Assembly: GCA_964016885.1 (NCBI GenBank)
Contig: OZ024742.1
Location: 304,482,001 to 304,546,000 of the forward strand
Reading direction: 5' to 3'
From: Eledone cirrhosa
Lineage: Eukaryota
DNA: 64,000 nt
Below the pieces are notes generated by a model. That model was not told where the DNA came from, made no database searches, and was given only the letters and a program-made list of their open reading frames with translations. Numbering within the stretch: position 1 is the stretch's first letter; every line of letters starts with the position of its first letter. Shown here one piece after another: positions 58,164 through 64,000 of the stretch. The position numbers were made by a program, and so were the translations under genes.

Positions 58164-59894
58164 ATGTATGTGTGTGTGTGCGTGTGTGCGTGTGTGTGTG
58201 AGTGTGTGTGTGGATGCATGTATATATATATATGTATTTATTCAATTCAATTCAAACAGTATTCTATTTTTTCTATAGCATTTAGTTAAGTCCGATTATG
58301 AACAATTTTATTAACTTCAAATTCATCTAAATTTATCTGACAAACAAAAATAATCATACACACATATGTATAGCAGTATTCCTATTTCACAATTGACGAT
58401 ACACAACTTAAATATATTTTGACAACAGAAAATATAAAATGAAAGAACTTTGTGTCGAGGAAAAATGAAGAAGGGAATGTGTTAAGTAGCAAGGAATTAC
58501 TGACGTACTCTAATCCCCAGCAAACTGGAATCAGAAGAAATACGCAACGGGATTTATTCCATTGGTTTCGTGAATCTTGATGGAGTCCCAGACGCACTAT
58601 TGTGTAATGCTGTTTGTCTTTGTCATTTTAAGACTGAAGGTGTCCACAGCTCTCTAGTTCTAAATACAACCAATTTCTTTCAGATATTGAGAGAGAAGAG
58701 AATGATAAATTGTAAGGGAGAGAGGGATATAGCAAATTTTATTTAAATTAATGTAGTCATTCTTTTATCACCTTTGAAACTTCGAAGAGAAGTAAAGTTG
58801 CAGTAGGTGGTGTTTAACATCATAGCAAATAGAGCCGGAACGAATACTATAAACATTCTATCCGACCTTCCAACGATTCAGCCAATGTGCCGCCTAACTA
58901 ACAAGAAACCGTGCAGTAAACCTCGCTCAAAGGCAATGCGAATTTGAAATACAGCAGAGAGATACACTTCAGTAGAAAGGTCAAAACGTAAATGTCGCTA
59001 GAGATCAAGCTATGGCGACTCTATAAGACTAAATAAATGACCTTCTGTAGAATTGCTAACAATATCATCTTATTTACAGACAACTATCCAATAGACCGAA
59101 GCAAATTTTGAAAACAATATTTAAAAGGTGGAGACAAGAGTATAGAACGAGATGGGAGAATAATGTAGTTAGTAGAATATAATTAAGATTAGTCTTATAT
59201 GAAGGAGTGCTAGTTTGGACACAAATTACTACAATGACTGGTACAGTATAGAATTAAAAAAATTGCTTAATCTCATTCGCCTGACATCTTCGTGTAAATT
59301 TCCCTTACTTCCAGTGAAATTTACTCGTCACTGTGAATGTATCATCGAACTCATTAAACATGAAGTTCAAAGTTATGACCGCAAATACACAATATAGATA
59401 TACAGAGCCAAAAAGATAAAAGCAGAGATTTAGAGAGAGTGAGAGAAAGAGGTCTTGTAAGCTAGCTAGATACGTGGGAAGATAATTAGTAATTTATGTA
59501 GGCAGCTAGGTAAGTTGATTGCAAGACAGACACATACATACAGACTAGCAGACAAATAGACGGAGAGATATAGATATATCTAAGAGAGGAAATACAAACA
59601 CATAGAAGAATTCCCAACAGTACTAAGGAATAAATTCGTTTATATTAATGTTCATTGGGATACTAGTCATTGGAATGGTGTGTGTATAGACACAAATAAC
59701 TAACAAACTGTAGTAAATATTTAAAGTACACCAAGCCTCCGTGGTCAAGAGGTAGCGAACAGTGTACACAGAAATTAACCTATCAGAAGCGCATTTACAT
59801 AGTGAGTCAGTACTATTTTCGATAGATATCTCATGGAATTAAATAAGTTTCCACGAGAGACTTATTCTCTAGGACATACGGCCATGTACATAAG

Positions 59895-59972
<78 letters not shown>

Positions 59973-59975
59973 TAT

Positions 59976-60088
59976 ATAATTGTTTCTTCTTATGGCACGA
60001 GGCCACCAATTACCCGGTGCATTACTGGTACTTTATTTTATCGACCCCGTAAGGATGAAAGGAAAAGTTAACCTCGACGGGATTTGAA
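59976..60088 (-). mobile_element. 5'-truncated SINE copy
   Basis: Core CTGGTACTTTATTTTATCGACCCCGTAAGGATGAAAGG on the + strand. Confidence 0.85.
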
Positions 60089-60227
60089 TAATAATAATAT
60101 TAATACTATTATTATTTATAGTTATATATACAACTATAAACAGTAAAGGTCAGTAATTTATTACCACCTTATTACCAGTAAGAAAAATAGCTCAATGTAA
60201 ATACATCAGATGTTTTACAGTGCAGGA

Positions 60228-61499
60228 ATATAAATTACACAATAATCAAAACTAAGTTCAAATCATTTTACTCCTGACAATCGTTTCTTGCAATCTTTCG
60301 TTTGGTATCATCGGAGCACTAGCAAAGATTGGACCTACAATTAACTTCGTATCCAACTGAGCAATCATATAGATACATGAATATTAATGCTGTCATCAAA
60401 AGTTTCGTGTTTACAGAGTGGAATTGATGTGAAAGAGATTACAAGAGAATTGTATAATAATTAAAGAGGCACAGAGTGGAATGCATGTGATAGAGATTAC
60501 AAGAGAATAGTATAATAATTAAAGCAGTATAGAGAGTGTAAATGCGTTAGGCATATACAGGACAGTTAGGTAGGAAACAACAATGGTACTAGGCATATAT
60601 AATTACTACATGGCAAAAGTACCATATAAAATAACATAGATTTACAAGCATATCAAGCAGGCAAAGGTGTTTGTGTATTAAAATTGTGAGTTTATGGTGG
60701 ATGTAGTGTGATAATTGTTTCTGTAATGTTCAAATGTGCATGTGTTGAGAGTATTATTATTGTTATCTTTTCCATTACATTGGTTATATTTTATTTTAGT
60801 CAATATTTATAATAAGATACAGCTATGGATTGTATATTGGTCGTATTATACTGTTATCCCGGGTTCGAGTTGTTCTGGAGTGATTCTCCTAACGGTTAGA
60901 AGAATCACTTATTATAAACATTCACTAAAATAAAATATAACCAATGTAATGGAAAAGATAACAATAATAATAATACTCTCAACACATGCACATTTGAACA
61001 TAACAGAAACAATTATCACACTACATCGACCATAAACTCACAATTTTAATACACAAACACCTTTGCCTACTTGATATGCTTGTAAATCTATGTTATTTTA
61101 TGTGATACCTTTACCATGCAGTATTTATATATGCCTAGTACCATTGTTGTTTCCTACCTAACTGTCCTGTATATGACTAACGCGTTTGCACTCTCTATAC
61201 TGCTCTAATTATTATACTATTCTCTTGTAATCTCTGTCACATGCATTCCACTCTGTACCTCTTTAATTATTATACAATTCTCTTGGAATCTCTGTCACAT
61301 CAATTCCACTCTGTAAATACGAAACTTTTGATGACAGCATTAATATTCATGTATCTATATGATTGTTCAGTTGGATAGGAGGTTAATTATAGGTCCAATC
61401 TTTGCTAGTGCTCCTATGATACCAAACGAAAGTTTGGATGAAACGATTGTCAGGAGTAAAATGATTTGAACATAGTTTTGATTATTGTGTAATTTATAT
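60228..61499. mobile_element. Long inverted-repeat element (about 575-bp arms), probable PLE-derived pseudo-LTR pair
   Basis: Arms 60228-60800 / 60924-61499; internal tandem units of about 59 bp; degenerate HHR motifs at 60271-60316 (-) and 61411-61456 (+). Confidence 0.8.
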
Positions 61500-61517
61500 A
61501 TACATATATATATACAT

Positions 61518-61553
<36 letters not shown>

Positions 61554-61557
61554 GTGT

Positions 61558-61651
<94 letters not shown>

Positions 61652-61779
61652 GCCTGTGTGTGTATCCCGGGATTTCCTTCGAAGTTCTAGTCCTGTAGAA
61701 GTCATTTCTATATTAAGTAACTATATACATATATACAATGATATTAAATAAATGGAAACTATATTCATAAAACCAAATG

Positions 61780-61843
61780 TATTCTATTATATATATTTCA
61801 AGGGTACCAACAAATATTTGGTACGCTTTCATCAGATAAAATA
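61780..61843 (-). ncRNA. Hammerhead ribozyme, family B (inverted arm)
   Basis: Reverse complement TATTTTAT-CTGATGA-AAG c GTACCA...TGGTAC c CTT-GAAA-TATATA-TA-ATAGAATA. Confidence 0.82.
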
Positions 61844-61986
61844 CAAAGCGTGTTTTATAAATGTTTATATACCCAAGGAAAATCATTCCTTATAAGTTGA
61901 ATATACCTTAGGTAGTATCCAATGTATATTCAAATGATAAGGTATGATTTTCCTTAGCTATGTCAAAATTTATAAAACACTCTTTG

Positions 61987-62050
61987 TATTTTATCTGATG
62001 AAAGCGTACCAAAGTTTTTTTGGTTCCCTTGAAATAGATATAATAGAATA
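61987..62050 (+). ncRNA. Hammerhead ribozyme, family B
   Basis: TATTTTAT-CTGATGA-AAG cgt ACCAAA gttt TTTGGT tcc CTT-GAAA-tagata-TA-ATAGAATA. Confidence 0.8.
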
Positions 62051-62184
62051 AATATGGTTTTATAAATATAGTTTCCATTTATTTAATATCATTGAATATT
62101 TATTCCAGAAAGTTGTCGAGTGCTCTGAATCAGTTATAAACGTTTATATTTGTTGGATTTCCAACAAATTAAATATCCCTTCTA

Positions 62185-63188
<1,004 letters not shown>

Positions 63189-63355
63189 CACTTCTTCATA
63201 CTATATTATTTTATCTGAAGTGTATATTTGTGAAAACACGTAAATACAGACGAAGCAACCGTTATAAATAGACACACATATATGTATGTATACATGCTTG
63301 CATGCATATATATTATGCATATATGCATATATATATATGCATGCATATATATATA

Positions 63356-63439
<84 letters not shown>

Positions 63440-63549
63440 TGCAAGCATGCATACATACATGTGTGTCTATTTATAACGCTTGCTTCGTCTGTATTTACGT
63501 GTTTTCACAAATATACACTTCAGATAAAAAAATATAGTATGAAGAAGTG
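63189..63549. repeat. Inverted repeat (about 120-bp arms) centred on a TA-rich tract
   Basis: CACTTCTTCATACTATA...CATGCTTGCATGCATAT at 63189-63310 is mirrored at about 63433-63549. Confidence 0.85.
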
Positions 63550-64000
63550 AACTTATATTTGGAAGAAAATATATCTACAAAGATCCTCGAGAACAGCAAT
63601 TCAAAGCCGAAAGGTTAATCTTCGAATTCTAAAGACTTTTATTGGATTTCGAATTTAAAGATTTAACCTTTATTTATTTATTCTTTGTAATAACAATTAT
63701 TCCTTTCCTTCCTCACTCTCGCATTCTTTCTTCTGCTTTTTCTTCTGTACTTATTTTCACCCTGAAATCGATTTTTACTGAAGAGAATCTGCGTTTTTTT
63801 AAAAATGAAAAACACCCCAGGTCTGCTTAATAATTCCAAACCATCGGCTTAAATTTTATCGTCTCGAGGGATTATGAAGTTATTAACAACATTTCTCTCT
63901 TCCTTTCGCTTTAGCAAATCTCCGCCATACTGAATTTAACAAATGTCGCTGTCTTTTATTTAGTCATATATTTATTATCGCACTCTTGTTGTTGTTGTTA

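Noticed and set aside
58520-58620. IYSIGFVNLDGVPDALLCNAV, loosely like a hAT transposase N-terminus
   Set aside because: Too short and degenerate to call.
63205-63250. TTTTATCTGAAGT...GAAAACACG as a hammerhead
   Set aside because: A9 is missing and there is no stem II.

Overview
AT-rich, repeat-dense eukaryotic DNA, probably intronic or intergenic. The SINE families and the extreme (TA)n/(CA)n/(GA)n density suggest an octopod cephalopod (inference). No host protein-coding exon can be supported, and nearly all listed ORFs are translations of microsatellites. Supported content: one intact-looking tRNA-His(GTG) fused to a retroposon-type 3' tail, two 5'-truncated Penelope-like elements (PLEs) with GIY-YIG endonuclease ORFs, many tRNA-derived SINEs, RTE/CR1-like/CRE-like LINE fragments, a non-autonomous Helitron with a rolling-circle head-to-tail junction, and a 200-N gap. 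The main hidden signal is a dense set of hammerhead-ribozyme (HHR) bearing elements: 8 motifs with a canonical core, 3 with a compensated U3-A8 core, several degenerate ones, and a family carrying only half an HHR. Several of these families are non-coding, and most sit as tails-outward inverted pairs or fold-backs next to (TA)n tracts. All calls were made by eye, with no database searches or folding runs.
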